Below the pieces are notes generated by a model. The model saw only the letters and a program-made list of their open reading frames with translations, made no database searches and had not been told where the DNA came from. Shown piece after piece: positions 13,218 to 26,504 of a DNA stretch of 64,000 nucleotides; within the stretch, counting starts at the first letter, position 1, and every line of letters starts with the position of its first letter. The translations under genes were made by a program, and so were the position numbers. Where the stretch lies: positions 4,535,366 through 4,599,365 of the forward strand of contig MU056050.1 of NCBI GenBank assembly GCA_013239625.1. Direction: 5' to 3'. The DNA is from Lama guanicoe. Taxonomy: Eukaryota.

Positions 13218-14650
13218 ATACTTTATTTTTAGAGCAGGTTTTGCTATACAGAAAAACTGAGATGAAAGTATAGAGTGTATGTTTCCCATTTTGCCCTCCC
13301 CCCACTTACATACACACAGCTTCCCCTATTAACATCTTGCATTAGTGTGGCACATTTGTTACAATTGATGAGCCAATATTGATGCATTACTATTAACAAA
13401 GTACCATAATTTACATTAGGATTCACTCTGTGTTGTACATTATAAGTTTTGGCAAATGTATAATAATGCATATACACCATTACAGAATCACCCAGAAGAG
13501 TTTCACTGCCTTGAAATCCCATAAACTCCACCCATTCTTCCCTCCCTCCCCCCGAAGCCCTAATAACCACTGATCTTTTTACTATATCTAGTTTTGCCTT
13601 TTCCATAATGTCACATAGTTGGAATCATAGGGCAAATAGCCTTTTCAAATTGGCTTCTTTCACTTAACAATATGTATTTAAGTTTCCTCCATGTCTTTTT
13701 GTGGCTTGATAGCTCATTTCTTATTAGTATTGAATAATATTCCACTGTCTGGCTGTACTACAGATTATTTATCCATTCACCTACTAAAAGACATCTTGGT
13801 TGCTTCTAAGTTTTGGCAATTATGAATAATCTGCTCCAAACATTCATGTACATGTTTTTGTGTGGACAAAAGTTTTCAACTCCTTTGCTTTGGGTAAATA
13901 CAAAGAAGTGTGATTGCTACATCATAAGGAAAGTGTATGTTTAATTTTGTGAAAAATTGCCAAACTGTCTCCCAAAGTGGCTGTACCATTTTGCATTCCC
14001 ACCAGCAATGAATGGAAGTTCCTGATGCTTTGTATCCTTACCAGCAATTGGTGTTTTCAGATTTTTGGATTATGACCATTCTAATAGCCATCTAGTGGTA
14101 TCACATTGTTAATTTGCATTCCTCTGATGACATATGACATGGAACATCTTTTTGTATACTTATTTGTCATCTGTATATCTTTTTTGGTGAGGTGTCTTCA
14201 AAGGTATTTGGCCCATTTTTTAAATTGGGTTGTTAGTTTTATTGTTGAATTTTAAGAGATTTTATATTTCAGATAAAAGTCCTTTACCATGTGTGTCTTT
14301 TTCAAATGTTTTCTCCTAGTCTGTGACTTGTCTTTTAATTCTCTTGACATTGTCTTTAGCAGAGCAGAAGTTTTTAATTTTAATGAATCCAAATTATCAA
14401 TCATTTTTCTTTCACGGATCGTGCTCCTGATATTGTATTTTAAAAGTCATTGACAAAACCAAGGTCACCTATGTTTTCTCTTACATTATCTTTTGGAGTT
14501 TTATAGTTCTGTATTTTACAAATAGGTTTATGATTGATTTTGAGTTAATTTTTATGAAAGGTGTAAGGTTTGCCTTTCAATTTATTTCCTTCTTGATCTG
14601 TCTCTCTCTGCATATGGATGTCTGGTTGCTCTGGCATCATTTGTTGAACA
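13218..14650 (-). mobile_element. L1MC-like 3' fragment
   Basis: tttttagagcagg... terminus; ccaaagtggctgtaccattttgcattcccaccagcaatg (antisense ORF2 C-terminus). Confidence 0.9.
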
Positions 14651-14929
14651 TTTTTCTTTACATTTTAATAATTTTAATTTTTCTGATTATTATTTTGAAT
14701 CTCTTAGGTTTTCTATATAGACATTCATGGTGTCAGACAATAATGAGAGTTTGTTTCTTCTCTTTTAGCTTTATAGGTTCTTTCTGTATCTTTCCCAAAT
14801 GCACTGGCTAAGGCCTCCAATACTATGTTAAATCGATGTGGTGATACAATGCATGCTGTCTTATTCCTGATTTTAAAGGGAATGCTTTTAACATTTCACT
14901 GTAGATTATGATGTTTTTTGAAGATTTTT

Positions 14930-15530
14930 AAAATATTTTATTCATATATAATTCATGGAACATAAAATTCACCCTTTTAAAGTATATATTTCAGTGCCTT
15001 TTAGTATATTCAGAAAGTTGTCCAATTATTGCCACTGTCTGATTCATGAATATTTTCATCACCCCAAACATAAACCCCTTACTCATTAATAGTCACTACC
15101 CATTCTCCCCAACTTCCAGTCCCTGGAAACCATGAACCTATTTTCTGTCTGTATAGATTTGCCTATTCTAGACATTTCATAAAAATAGAATTATATAATA
15201 TGGGGCATTTTGTGTCTGGCTTCTTTCACTTAGCATAATGATTTAAAGGTTATCCATGTTGTAGCAAGTATCAGTAATTCATTAGTTTTTATTGCTGAGT
15301 ACTACTTCATAGTATGGATGTATCATTATTTTAAAATCAAAGTATCAGTTGATGGACATTTGGGTTGTTTCTACTTTTTGGCATTTTTTTGAATAATGCT
15401 TCTATGAATAATTATTGCACAAGTTTTTGCATGTACATATGTTTTCAATTCTCTTAGATGTATACTCAGGTCATATGGCAACTCTATATTTAACTTTTTG
15501 AGGGACTACCAAACTGTTTTCTAAACCTAC
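14930..15530 (-). mobile_element. L1MB-like 3' fragment
   Basis: cataaaattcacccttttaaagt...gatttgcctattctagacatttcat...gatggacatttgggttgtttc. Confidence 0.88.
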
Positions 15531-15984
15531 TGTGCTGTAGATTTTGTAAATAGCTTTTTTTAAGCTAGGGAAGTTCCTTTCCATTTCTAGTTTGCTAACT
15601 TGTGTTAAAACTATGAATGGACATAGAATTCTACCATTTTTTTCTGTATTTATTGAGTTAATCATATGTTTTTTCTCCATAATTTGTAAATGTAGTAAAT
15701 TACACTAGTAGATTTTCTAGTGTTGAATCAAACTATCATTCTTGGAATAAATTCAACTAGCCTATAATGGTTTGATTCATTTACACATGTCTGGAACTCA
15801 TACATTAATAACTTAGCGGGAATTTTTGCTTTAATGTTAGTAAGTAGGGATGAATACATTTTCTTTTCTCATTTTATCCTTTTCTTGCCTTGATATAAAA
15901 ATTATACTGCTTTTTTATGAAATTGGTTTGGAGTATTCCTTATTTTTCTGTTCCTTTAAAGGTTAAAATACCCTATTTCTTTTT

Positions 15985-16075
15985 TCCCTCAGTTTTATTG
16001 AGAAATAACTGACATATATCACTGTGTAAATTTAAGGTGTACAGTATCATGGTTTAATTTGCATATATTGTGACC
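15985..16075 (-). mobile_element. Short L1 3' terminus (L1MA9-like)
   Basis: cagttttattgagaaataactgacatatatcactgtgtaaatttaaggtgtacag. Confidence 0.7.
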
Positions 16076-16709
16076 TCACCGTCTTCTGATTCTAAAAGTA
16101 AATCACAGTTGTCTAAACAAAAATAAGCAACATGGAAATACATGATTTGAAAACTTACAGTCTCTCGTAATCTTTTTCCCAGGTGTTATCACTGTTAACA
16201 CTTTGAAATATATTCTTCCCAGATACTATTTATTTCTATAGAAATGAGAGCATAGTAAATATACTCTTTGAAGACTTTGGTTTTTTTTTTTTTTTACTTC
16301 ATATATTCTGGGTATATTTTCATGGTCTAAATCCTGGAATCTAAGAGCATGATATCTTGCATATTAGAAGGCCAATTTTATTTTCATTTCCATCATGACT
16401 CTTTTCTCTTGAATAGTCTAGCTCAAAGTTACCTCTCCCTTCTTTGACCTCCTTTAATATTTGGCTTATTATTTAATCTCTAATCTACCATCTTCTATTT
16501 AATGTAATACATTGGTCTCTTACTGCTTCATATGAATGAGTACTGTTTCCTTAGTAAGACTAAGTTTTATTTTCACTTGTACCCTACCATGACAGTAAGA
16601 ACACAGTGGGTGCTCATCTACTTGTTAACTTCCCTTAATCTTGTAAATTTGGGCTTCTTGAATTCAGCAGGCAAAGGCATACAACTGATGTTCCTATCAA
16701 AGCTCATGT

Positions 16710-16860
16710 GGGAGGGTATAGCTCAGTGGTAGTGTGCTTGGCATGCAGGAGGTCCTGGGTTCAATCCCCAATACCTCCACTAAAAATAAATAAATACATG
16801 AACTTAATTACCTCTCCACCAAAACAAAAAAAAAAAAAGAAAGAAAGAAAGAAAAAAAGA
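16710..16860 (+). mobile_element. tRNA-derived SINE (camelid Vic-1-like)
   Basis: gggagggtatagctcagtggtag (A box), ggttcaatccc (B box), aaataaata...ttaattacctctcc body, A-rich tail. Confidence 0.9.
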
Positions 16861-18249
16861 ATCCTCCCTATCAAAGTTCTCCTTAACTAACCATGAAATA
16901 TTTTTTTTCACTCCATTCTTGAAGAAAGAAACCAAGTTGGGCTCACATTCTGCACAGCAGGCAGCACATTGCCCAATCTCAATAGATGTTAAACAAGAAA
17001 AGCTGAGATATATTAAACATTGCCCTGCAGTTCATTCCATCTGCAGATGTCAGTATTTATTCTAAACAGAGATTTCTCTGGACTACAGTTGATTTTCATA
17101 AAGGGATTCATCTGTTCATCTGTCCCTTCATTTTAGGCCAAATGTGCTCACAGGCAGGGGTGGGGCAAGAGGCATAAATCATGCAATATTCCTAATCATT
17201 TTATTTGTTCATTAACAATTAGAAATATTCTTATATTAAATTTTTAAAAAAGCTTTTCAGTAGTTGATGAGCTTTTCCAATACATTCTCATTCACTTGTG
17301 CTACTAAACTTTAAGATATATAGAGAGTATTTAGTATACTTAGTATAGAATACACTTAGTGTAGAAGATATATCTTTCAACCTCTTCTGGAAGTGTTCTC
17401 CTTTCTGAACCTAAGAGAATGGCCTCAGGTATGAAGTATCCTGTCCTGAAAAATCCCCCTGCATTGCTTCCTTGCTTATACAACTCTATGTGTTTTATTA
17501 ATATCCTTGGGATTTCCTTATCTTTCAGATAGCTGTATAGTAGAATCTCTCTGCTACTGATGAGAGACAAGTATTTTCTGCCACAAGAATTTGGTTCTGA
17601 ATGTGCAATCCTCACAACAGGAATGCCAAATGCATCTATGGTCCCCTCCCTGGTTATGTAGACAGGTTTCTAACAGGATTATACCCAGGTAGTTTTCGCT
17701 GAGTTGTAGAGTATATGTCTTATAGAAAAGGATTTACAGTTTGACATAGACAGGAGCCTTAATGGCCAGCTGTGTGTGCTCCTCTATTTCTAGAGGAGAG
17801 CTTAAAAATCCCTCATACAGAACGTGTTTGGAATAAATGCACGGTGATTCTTAAGTCCCTCTAGTCAAGCTAAGGCATAAATTACCATAGTGCGATTTCA
17901 AACTGAGTCTTGGTATCTGAAACCCTCTAGGTCAGAGTCTCTCCATCAAGCACAACCAATCCCACTCTACAACTGTGAAGCGTGTTAAAAACAGAACATA
18001 GTCATGCTGTATATGGCACCAGTTTCTTGCATGTTCTAGAACCACATCAGGTGAGCCAGCAGTACTTTCTCTGGTAGTCTTATTGTTGGGAAATGTGGAG
18101 GGGAAAAATGCATCTATTGTTGACATTAGAAGTCTATAGATCCTTTTAGTTTAGAAAAAACATAAAGCACATTAAAAGTGTGGTAGAAATGGAGGCATTT
18201 CAATACTTTTTTAAAGTTTTCTAAGATTTACATTTATTCTTTTAAAAAG

Positions 18250-19875
18250 ACCCAAACTAAACGACAATACTTGCTCTACAAAAGGGGATAGTAAAGACAG
18301 TGACTTCTGGTTAAGCATGGCAGATTAAATCTTTTAAAATAATGAAAATTAAATAAAAATCATAATATTGAAGAAAATGGAAGAGAAAAAAGCAATAGAG
18401 GAGAGATGTAAATAACCCAGAGGAGTGGTGACAGATATAATAGAACTTAGAAAGCTGGCAGCTAAGTGCTTGAGAGGAGGGAAGGAATGCAATGGAGGAG
18501 AGCAATGAAACAACTACATTATTGTGTTCAGAACCTAGGAATGGTCAGAAATTACAATCACCAGGTAGTTCTAAAGGTTTGGATGTGGGCATCATTCAAA
18601 AACAAAAAGAGTCTTTGATAATCTGTGTAAAGAGCAATAAGACTCCTGAATCTACTCCCTAATTTGACATAAAATGGGGAAGATTGAAACAAGGGGATTC
18701 TAGACCTGTGGATCATTGACACAGTTAAGAATGAGGATGCCACAATTGAAACTGGGATAGTAGCTGGGAATCTACATCCTGAGTAATGGAATGCTCTTAG
18801 CCCTTTCACTCACTCTCAAATTCCAGAGCTCTGGCACCCAAGTTTAAAATCCCAAGAAAGGGACTGGTGGATGGATTTATACCTAGGCTGGTTGACTGAC
18901 CCAACAAAGAGAATGCACAGCATAGATGGCAATCAGCTATTCAGTGTCTCAATCCTAAATATGAAAAACTCCTAAGATGAAAAATAGACTAAAACAAACA
19001 AAAAAAGGGATTTGTGAGGAAACAGAGATAGTACAAGGAGTGAAACAGGACGTCATCATCATCATCATCCGTCACCATGCACAAAATAATGAAAGAAATC
19101 AGTAGAATGATTGGAAGAAAAAGTTGATGAAAACTGCACAGAAAGTAGGTAAAATGTCAGACCTTGGAAACAACAGAAAAGATTTTAAAAAATAAGTTCT
19201 GGAGGTTCTACTTCATAATAGAATTTCCACAAAAGTCTGAGAAGTAATCACAGGGGAGAAAATTATTAATAAAATAATAAAATGGAATTTCCCATAACTG
19301 AAGGACATGAGTTTCCAGAATGAAGGTGCCAGCCAAATACAATAAGTGAAAGAAAACTTACCCAAAGTCACGTTATCGTAAAATTTCAGAGAACTGAGGT
19401 GATGAGAAGGTCCTGAATGCTTCCCTGGAGGAAACAAAACAAATAAACAGAAAAACAAAGTGACATACAAAGAATCTGAAACAAGAATAGTTTTCTCAAC
19501 AGGAACACTAGATAGTAGATGATATTGGGAAAATATTTTAAAAATCCAAAAGAAAAATCATCTTCAACCTAAAAATCATATCTCACTAAAGCATCAAACA
19601 ACTGAAAGGCGATGCTTAAGAGAATTTTTCAATTCCAAACTAAGTCAAGAGATAATATCTAAAACTAAAAATTTAAAAATGCAAATATTAACATGCTTTT
19701 AGAAATAGCAAGATGAATATCAAAAGAAACATCTGAAAGAGCTGAAAGCTATTAACCTGGGAAATGGTACTTGAGGGTGGAGATGGGGTGGGGCGGTAGA
19801 CTGCTGTTTTTCTTTCTTTGACTTTTTAAGCAACGGTCATGTATTATTTATAAAAAATAAAAACTACATAAAAAA
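18250..19875 (+). mobile_element. Very old L1ME/HAL1-like remnant
   Basis: A-rich strand; aatttcccataactgaaggacatgagtttccagaatgaaggtgcc resembles old ORF1/HAL1; ends approximate. Confidence 0.55.
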
Positions 19876-20479
19876 GAAATATTACGGCTTCAAAGGGGAT
19901 TTATTTTTGATCCTGAACATCAACTCATCCCAGTCTTAAGGTAACTACATGATTGATATGAAGAACCTAGCCACCTTTTATTAATATAAACGCTTCCAGA
20001 ATAATCCAGCAGGTTTTTAATGCTTTACTCACTAAAGTGAGATTTTCTGCTACTTGAATACCAGTGATATAAAAAGCTCCTAAATAATTTTGAGTTGCAA
20101 AAGCAAGCACTGGAGTTTTAGCTTCAGAAATGAATGTCCTTTTGAGAAATCTCCCTATTGTGCCTCCCATCAAAACTCTCCACTCTTGGTTGTCCTAAGT
20201 AGATGGGTGACACCTCTATCACTGGAAATTTCTTACTAGTCTCCCTAAGAAAGGCACTACTCCAATAAAAAATGCTAACTATAAGCCAGCTCTGATTAAA
20301 ACTTTATAAAGAGAGGGGAGTTGGGATCTCTTACGTATGGTAATTTTGAGTACTCTTCGTGGGAAGGGATATCAAAAACAACCTGCAGTGAGGAAACCGC
20401 ATCCTTTTGAGATTGATGTGGCGCTACCATATCCATTTTAACAAAACTGCTTTTATAGATTTTCAGCGACAAACATAGT

Positions 20480-20670
20480 AGATGTAGTACAGCTTGGTCA
20501 CTAACAAACTCTATAATCTTGGATAAGTGACTTAATCTAAGTTTCAGTTTCATCTGTACAATGGAGGATGGAATATAGTCTACATTACAGAGTTAGCACA
20601 AGGATTATATGAGATAATACATGTAAGGTGCTCAGTGCACCACATGACACATTAGCATTCACCTGATGAT
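20480..20670 (+). mobile_element. MIR
   Basis: cttggataagtgacttaatct...gtttcatctgtacaatggaggat...gagataatacatgtaaggtgctcag. Confidence 0.78.
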
Positions 20671-22114
20671 GTTAGTTGCTTCTTAAAATTACTCCAGCTT
20701 GAAATTTATTCTTATGAGTGATTCATTTTCTATAATTTATTTAGTCTGTAGTCACTACAGGGATGTCATTTCCTAAACCCTTATTTCTCCCCTTTAAAAG
20801 TTTAGGGAAATGCTGCTGATACTATTTTGCATTTAAATAGCCCCTTTCCTAGAGAGGATACAGGAGGAAAATACAGTGAGTGAAATCCTCAAGTTTTTAA
20901 CATTACCAAAGATCATATAGAAAAATACTTTAAAATATATAGCAACAGAAGTTCAGCACATCTTGACACATATCCATTATTGATAGGAACTGACCATGTA
21001 ACTTTTTATATGGTTAAAAATGGGCTGCATTTATATGGGTTGCAGCTTCTTATCTAAGTGGTCTGTATTTCAAAGTGAGTCTTAATATCTGAAATCCTTC
21101 AAGTGAGAGTCCCTCCAATCATACTCTACAATTGTGATGCATCTTAAAATCATTGTGTCTGGAGTTACTATGCCTTCTTTAAACACTTTGAACAGAATTG
21201 TAGATTTAATGTAAAATCCTTGCATTTGTAAAATGTTCATTTCATCCACTTACAATATTATATTCTTTCCCCACATAGACAGAGTCTCTTGAATGCTTTC
21301 TTACTTCTACTTTATAACCCTCTCTGATGTTTTTAAACTGTCTTCTCCCCTCTCTTGTATATGAAATTTACATTTGGCAAGGTTCCTGCTGATCCAACTC
21401 AATATCTATTTACTGGTCATGTACTTGGTATCTGGATTTATATTAGATAACAAAGAAAAAGACTGCCTTTAAAGGAACTAGAAAAGAAGAGGTGGTTTAG
21501 ATTTACTGCTATTGGTTGAATCCTTAAAAAGACTTGTCTAGAAGTTATACAAGAGAGATTGAGAAGATAATAATATAGCTCAGTGCCTAGCCTATAGTAT
21601 GTGCTCAATAAATTTGAGCTATAATTCCCTCTCAGAATAATTAATTATGTATTCTCTATTTACTGTTATCTATTATTTGTAATTAGTTTTTTTTTCTTAT
21701 TTCGATCACTGTTTCTTTTCATCACACTTTAAATTTGTTAGGATCACGACCTGTAAAAGAATTCATTCCAATGCTAGTCTGCAGAACATTGCATATAGTA
21801 AACTTGCAATATTAAGTTCTCAGTCAGTGCTGCTGTGGGTTTTGTGAAGGAATTTTTACGTCTCCCCCTGCCTATGGTAAATTAGATCCTGGTTCTCTTC
21901 CTGTATTTCCAATTCCTTCACCCTCACCCTTGGTAGTATGTTTTTCTATCTGATTACTGCCAGAGCCAGAAGAGTAAGTGACCATATATGTAGAACATTT
22001 GAGGGTCTCAGAAAGGTATCTGTCTCTCATACACTACCCTCTTATTTTCCTAGCATTGTTTAGTTCGTATAACAGTACCATGCCCATTATCTCAGTTGAT
22101 TACTGCAAAATAGA

Positions 22115-22215
22115 TTCTCCTTTGACAAATAAGAAAACTGAGGTTCAGAAACTCAAATGGTCTGTCCAAGGCCATTCAGTTAATAAGTGTTGGAGCTAGG
22201 ATTAAAGCCCTAAAC
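22115..22215 (-). mobile_element. MIR
   Basis: ttgacaaataagaaaactgaggttcaga...gtccaaggcca...ggagctaggattaaagccc. Confidence 0.7.
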
Positions 22216-24525
22216 CCCAAGCAGGTTTCTTGCTCTTAGCATACTATAGTTTTTTTAAATGCATCTATCACTCAAAAGAAGAGATAATCTATTTCCTAAA
22301 TTTCCTTCTGAAATGAAAAATAATAGACATAATTATTACATAAGGTCTATTACTATCAAATCTTTAATATAAAAGACTTGAATCTCTGATTTCAGTAAAA
22401 TTTCAGCTAACTCAGGATGCTACGTCCTTGATTCGTGTTAGGGATGTTAAATATGGACCAGAACCTTGAGCACAAAAGTGTTATGAATTCACATATAAAG
22501 GTAGAGCACCCCATCCTACAACACACTTCCTGATGCTAATATCAGGGTAAAGACTAGGGCAGCTAGATTGCACATTGTGCCCTCCTTGGTGACTGAGAAG
22601 AGCTTTTGCTTTTCTTATTTATACTTCTTCTGACTAGGATGTCATTTTCGCCCACCTGCTCCCAATTCCATTCTTTCTCTCATTTCTCAGGCCAATCCTG
22701 TTTGGTCAACTGCATTAAATTTCTTATTTGTTCTCCAAAAGGGAACAAAAGTCAGGAAGTGGAACAGAGAGGGGGAATATGACTAGATCTAAAGGCCTGA
22801 AATCTTTATACTCCATTTTCTATTTCAAATCCAGGAAGGGTGATAGACAAGATTTAGCTTGTCTATTAAGGCTACAACATAGCAAAAAGATGATCCTAAG
22901 AAATATCTAATTTAGTTAAAATTCACCCCAAGCTCATTTGAGTCTTGGAAAAGTCAGATTTCATTTCCTCAGCTGGCCTCTAGTTCTCTCTAGAACTCTA
23001 GAATAATTCACATTAATGTTGATAGCCACACTCTTTCAATCTGCATAACAGAGACGAATATTGTTCATCAACCCATTCTATAGTTCTATAAAGATGTGTG
23101 AAAATTGGTCAGCAGTTCTCTTGCTTTGCCCAACACAAGGCACTGAGACACTTTTTTCCCACAGAGCTTAAAAGCTACTCAGACTTTGAAAATTAGAAAA
23201 TGAAATACTTCATAGTAGATTTTCCCTGGAAGCAGAATATCAGCAAAGACAGCAAGGTGGCACTTCTTGGACAATGCATATTAGTACAGCCCAAAGCTAT
23301 CTAAAGAAGAGTTTCTGGGAGAAAGGAGGTTTCTTTTAGTGGGTGGGACACAATTTGAACGTGCTCGTAGTACTGTTCTGATGGTTAAGTGGCAGACTTT
23401 ATTTGAGTACAGCATATCTAAGAAAGCCTTTATGATCATAATGGGACCTTAAAATACCTCATGAAAAAATTGTGTCTTTGCCTTGAAGCACCTATTTTAA
23501 TTTAAGTGGTTCAAAGATTAGCCGTAGCTCATGAGAAATTCTGTTGGTAGGGTAAGCAAGTCCCTGGACTTGCATTTGGAAACAGTTCATTGAACAGATT
23601 TCCAAGGATCCCACTGCACAGCTAAAGCTGTATAATAATATCAGTAGCAGTTTATACAAAAATGAAATAGGCTATGAAAATTAGAATTTGTAACATCTAG
23701 GTTATCAATTATCAAGGATACATTAAACTCCCCTTTGCATCTTAGAATTACAGAACTAACCACATCTAATTTCTAGGGTATGTAAATAAAAAGGACAAAA
23801 AAGAAAAACCATATATCATCTACCTTATGCTTAGATTCTTGTCAAAAATCTTAACTTTTTTTCAATGTCTTTCTAAAATGCCCTCGGGGTAGGGGCAGGG
23901 GCAGGGGAGGGCAGGATCAAGATGACAGAGCAGGAAGATACTGAGCACAATTTCCCCCAAAACACATCAAAACTACAATGACATATAGAGCAACTCTCAC
24001 TGAAATTGACTGAAGGAACTAGCAGAACAGCTCTTCTACAGCCAAATCTGTAAAAAAGATACACACAAAGTCTGGTAAGAAGGGAGGAGAAGCAATCTGG
24101 TGAGAACTTGCACCCTAGCGCAAGAGGTGGGGGAGATAGAGGAGGGGGATATCACAGGCTCAAGGATCCCTTCTAAGGAGCGAGGAGTTTGGGCCCCATA
24201 TTAGGCACCCTACCCCCAAGGCCAGACACCAGGAAACACAAGACCCATTAGCTGGTTTGAAACCAGTGGGGCTTACTGGAGAGCTATAAGAAAACAAGAT
24301 TCTGAAGAGTGTTTGCAGACTTGTTTGCTTCCAGTCCCTGTACAGAGGCAGCAGATTGAAAACAGCCTGGTGCTCAGGCCGGCCTGCCAGGACCACCCCA
24401 GCATGCCCCCCAGCCCACACCAGGCTCCTGCTCCAGCCCCTCCTGCTCCAGCATTCCTCCCTGATAAAGCGGAGCCAGCTCAGGACCCAGTGCTGCCTCT
24501 AGTCAGGGAAGAGATCATCATTGGC

Positions 24526-24528
<3 letters not shown>

Positions 24529-24577
<49 letters not shown>
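24529..24577. repeat. (CA)n microsatellite inside L1 5'UTR
   Basis: About 24 uninterrupted AC units. Confidence 0.98.
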
Positions 24578-24580
<3 letters not shown>

Positions 24581-25169
24581 CCTGGGGAAGAAGCAAAGCC
24601 AGCTTGGGCCCCACTGCCACCCTGTGCAAGGGTATACCAAGGAAGGAGCTTATCCAGAAAAGGCTAAAGCCCTGTTTCTAGCCAGGGCAGAGACTTGGAA
24701 CCAGCTCAGAAGTGCAGCTCAATCTCTTGGGCCCCAACCCCACCTCTAAACAAGGCAAAAATCCAGAACCAGCTTGTAAGTGCAGATTCAACTCCTCAGG
24801 TCTTAGCCATGCCCTCAATCAAGGCAAAGAGTTCCATCATGCTTGGGAGAAGCCCAACTCCCTCAGGCTCCTGCTTCAGTCACTCAGGCCCTGGACCCAC
24901 CCCTTGATAAAGTGGTGACCACCACTGAGCCTAGGAGAAATCTAGAAGCTTGCACCTGGCTCTGGCTCTAGCTTCTCCACTCCTACTTCCCACCAATGCA
25001 ACTGCTGCCAGTTCACCCAGGGGGCCTGTGCCCACTTCAGATCCAGCTCTCCCATTAAAGCCATTGGGTACATACAGACTGCATAGGGATATTCTCACAA
25101 AGGACACACCTTCAAATTGAGATAGGTAACTGTTTTACTTAATTTCATAGAGGCAGAGAAAGTAAAACA

Positions 25170-26030
25170 AAATGAAAAGACAGAAGAATATGTTTCAAAA
25201 AAAGAACAAGAAAAAAACCTGAAAACCCCTAATAAAATAGAGATAAATAATATACCTGATAAAAAGTTCAAAGCAATAATCATAAAAATGCTAACTGAAC
25301 TTGGAAAAAATAAAGTAACACAGCAAGAACTTCAGCAAAGAACTAGAAAATATAAAAAAGAACCAATCAGAGCTGAAGAATGCAATAACTGAAATGAAAA
25401 ATATACTAGAAGGAATTAAAAGCAGGTTAGGTGATACAGAAGAATTTATAAGTGATCTGAAAGATAAAATAGTGGAAATTACCCAGTCAGAAGAGCAAAA
25501 AATAAGTTTAAAAATAAAGGTAATTTAAGGTACCTTTGAGACAATATCAAGTATACTAAGCATTATTGGGATCCCAGAAGTAGAAGAAAGAGATAAGAAC
25601 AAAAAATAGATTTGATTAAATGACAGATGAAAACTTCTCTAACATAAAGAAGAAAACAGATATTCAGGTTCAGGAAGCACAGTCCCAATCAAGATGAACT
25701 CAAAGAGAGCCACACCAAAACATATCATAATTAAAAGGGCAAAAGTTAAAGATAAAGTGAGAGTTTTAAAGACAGCAAGAGAAAAAAGGAGTTATACAGA
25801 AGGAAACCCCCATAAGGCTATCAGCTGATTTTTCAGCAGAAAATTTGAAGATCAGAGGGGAGTGGCATAATATATTTAAAATGCTAAAAGGAAAAATCTA
25901 TAACATAAGATATTCAACCCACTCAGAATTGCAGGAGAGATAACTAGTTTCCTAGAGAAGCAAAAGCTAAGAGTTCATCACCACTAAACAAATCATACAA
26001 GACATGTTCAAAGGTCTTCTTTAAGTGAAA
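25170..26030 (+). pseudogene. L1 ORF1p remnant
   Basis: Lys/Glu-rich coiled-coil-like frames, then an ORF1 C-terminal-like 'PIRLSADFSAE' (cccataaggctatcagctgatttttcagcagaa, ~25810); disrupted; ends approximate. Confidence 0.8.
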
Positions 26031-26504
26031 AAGAAAAGGCTATAACAAACTAAGACAACACAGGAAGGAAAAATATCCCACTGGTAAAGGCAAATATATA
26101 GTAAAGGCAGTGGATCAACAACTTAAATAAACTAATAAGAAGATTAAAAGGCAAAAATTGTAAAAATCAATTATAATTACAATAAACAGTTAAGGGATAG
26201 ACATGAAGATGCAAAATATGACTTCAAAAACCCAAAACATGGAGGAGGGAGTTAAAAAATAATGTAGAGCTTTTAGAATGTGTTTGAATTTAAATGACTA
26301 TCAATTTAAAACAAGTAGATAAAGTTATAAGTTGACATATATGAACTTCATGGTAACTACAAATCAAAAACCTACAATAGATACACAAAAATTAAAGAGA
26401 AATAAATCCAAACATAATACTAATGAAAAATCATCTAACCACAAGGGAAGAGACTAAAAGAAGAAGAAAATAAAAAACCCAGATAACAAATTTTTAAAAT
26501 GACA

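Larger units (their letters stand above)
11400..15960 (-). mobile_element. Ancient L1ME-like element, fragmented by nested insertions
   Basis: Diverged antisense L1 pieces at ~11400-12270, 12480-12625, 13142-13200, 14680-14930 and 15535-15960 appear collinear. Confidence 0.65.

Noticed and set aside
16710..16780. tRNA genes here and at 45355-45429 and 46630-46705
   Set aside because: A and B boxes are followed by a shared non-tRNA body and an A-rich tail, and the copies are mutated: SINE heads, not tRNAs.
16690..16880. TSD cctatcaaag around the first SINE
   Set aside because: The 10-mer occurs on both sides but is offset from the element ends and its surroundings mismatch; not a clean TSD.
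24313..24681. 122-aa Pro-rich ORF with THTHTH run
   Set aside because: Lies in the GC-rich L1 5'UTR, starts at TTG, and the TH run is the translated (CA)n.
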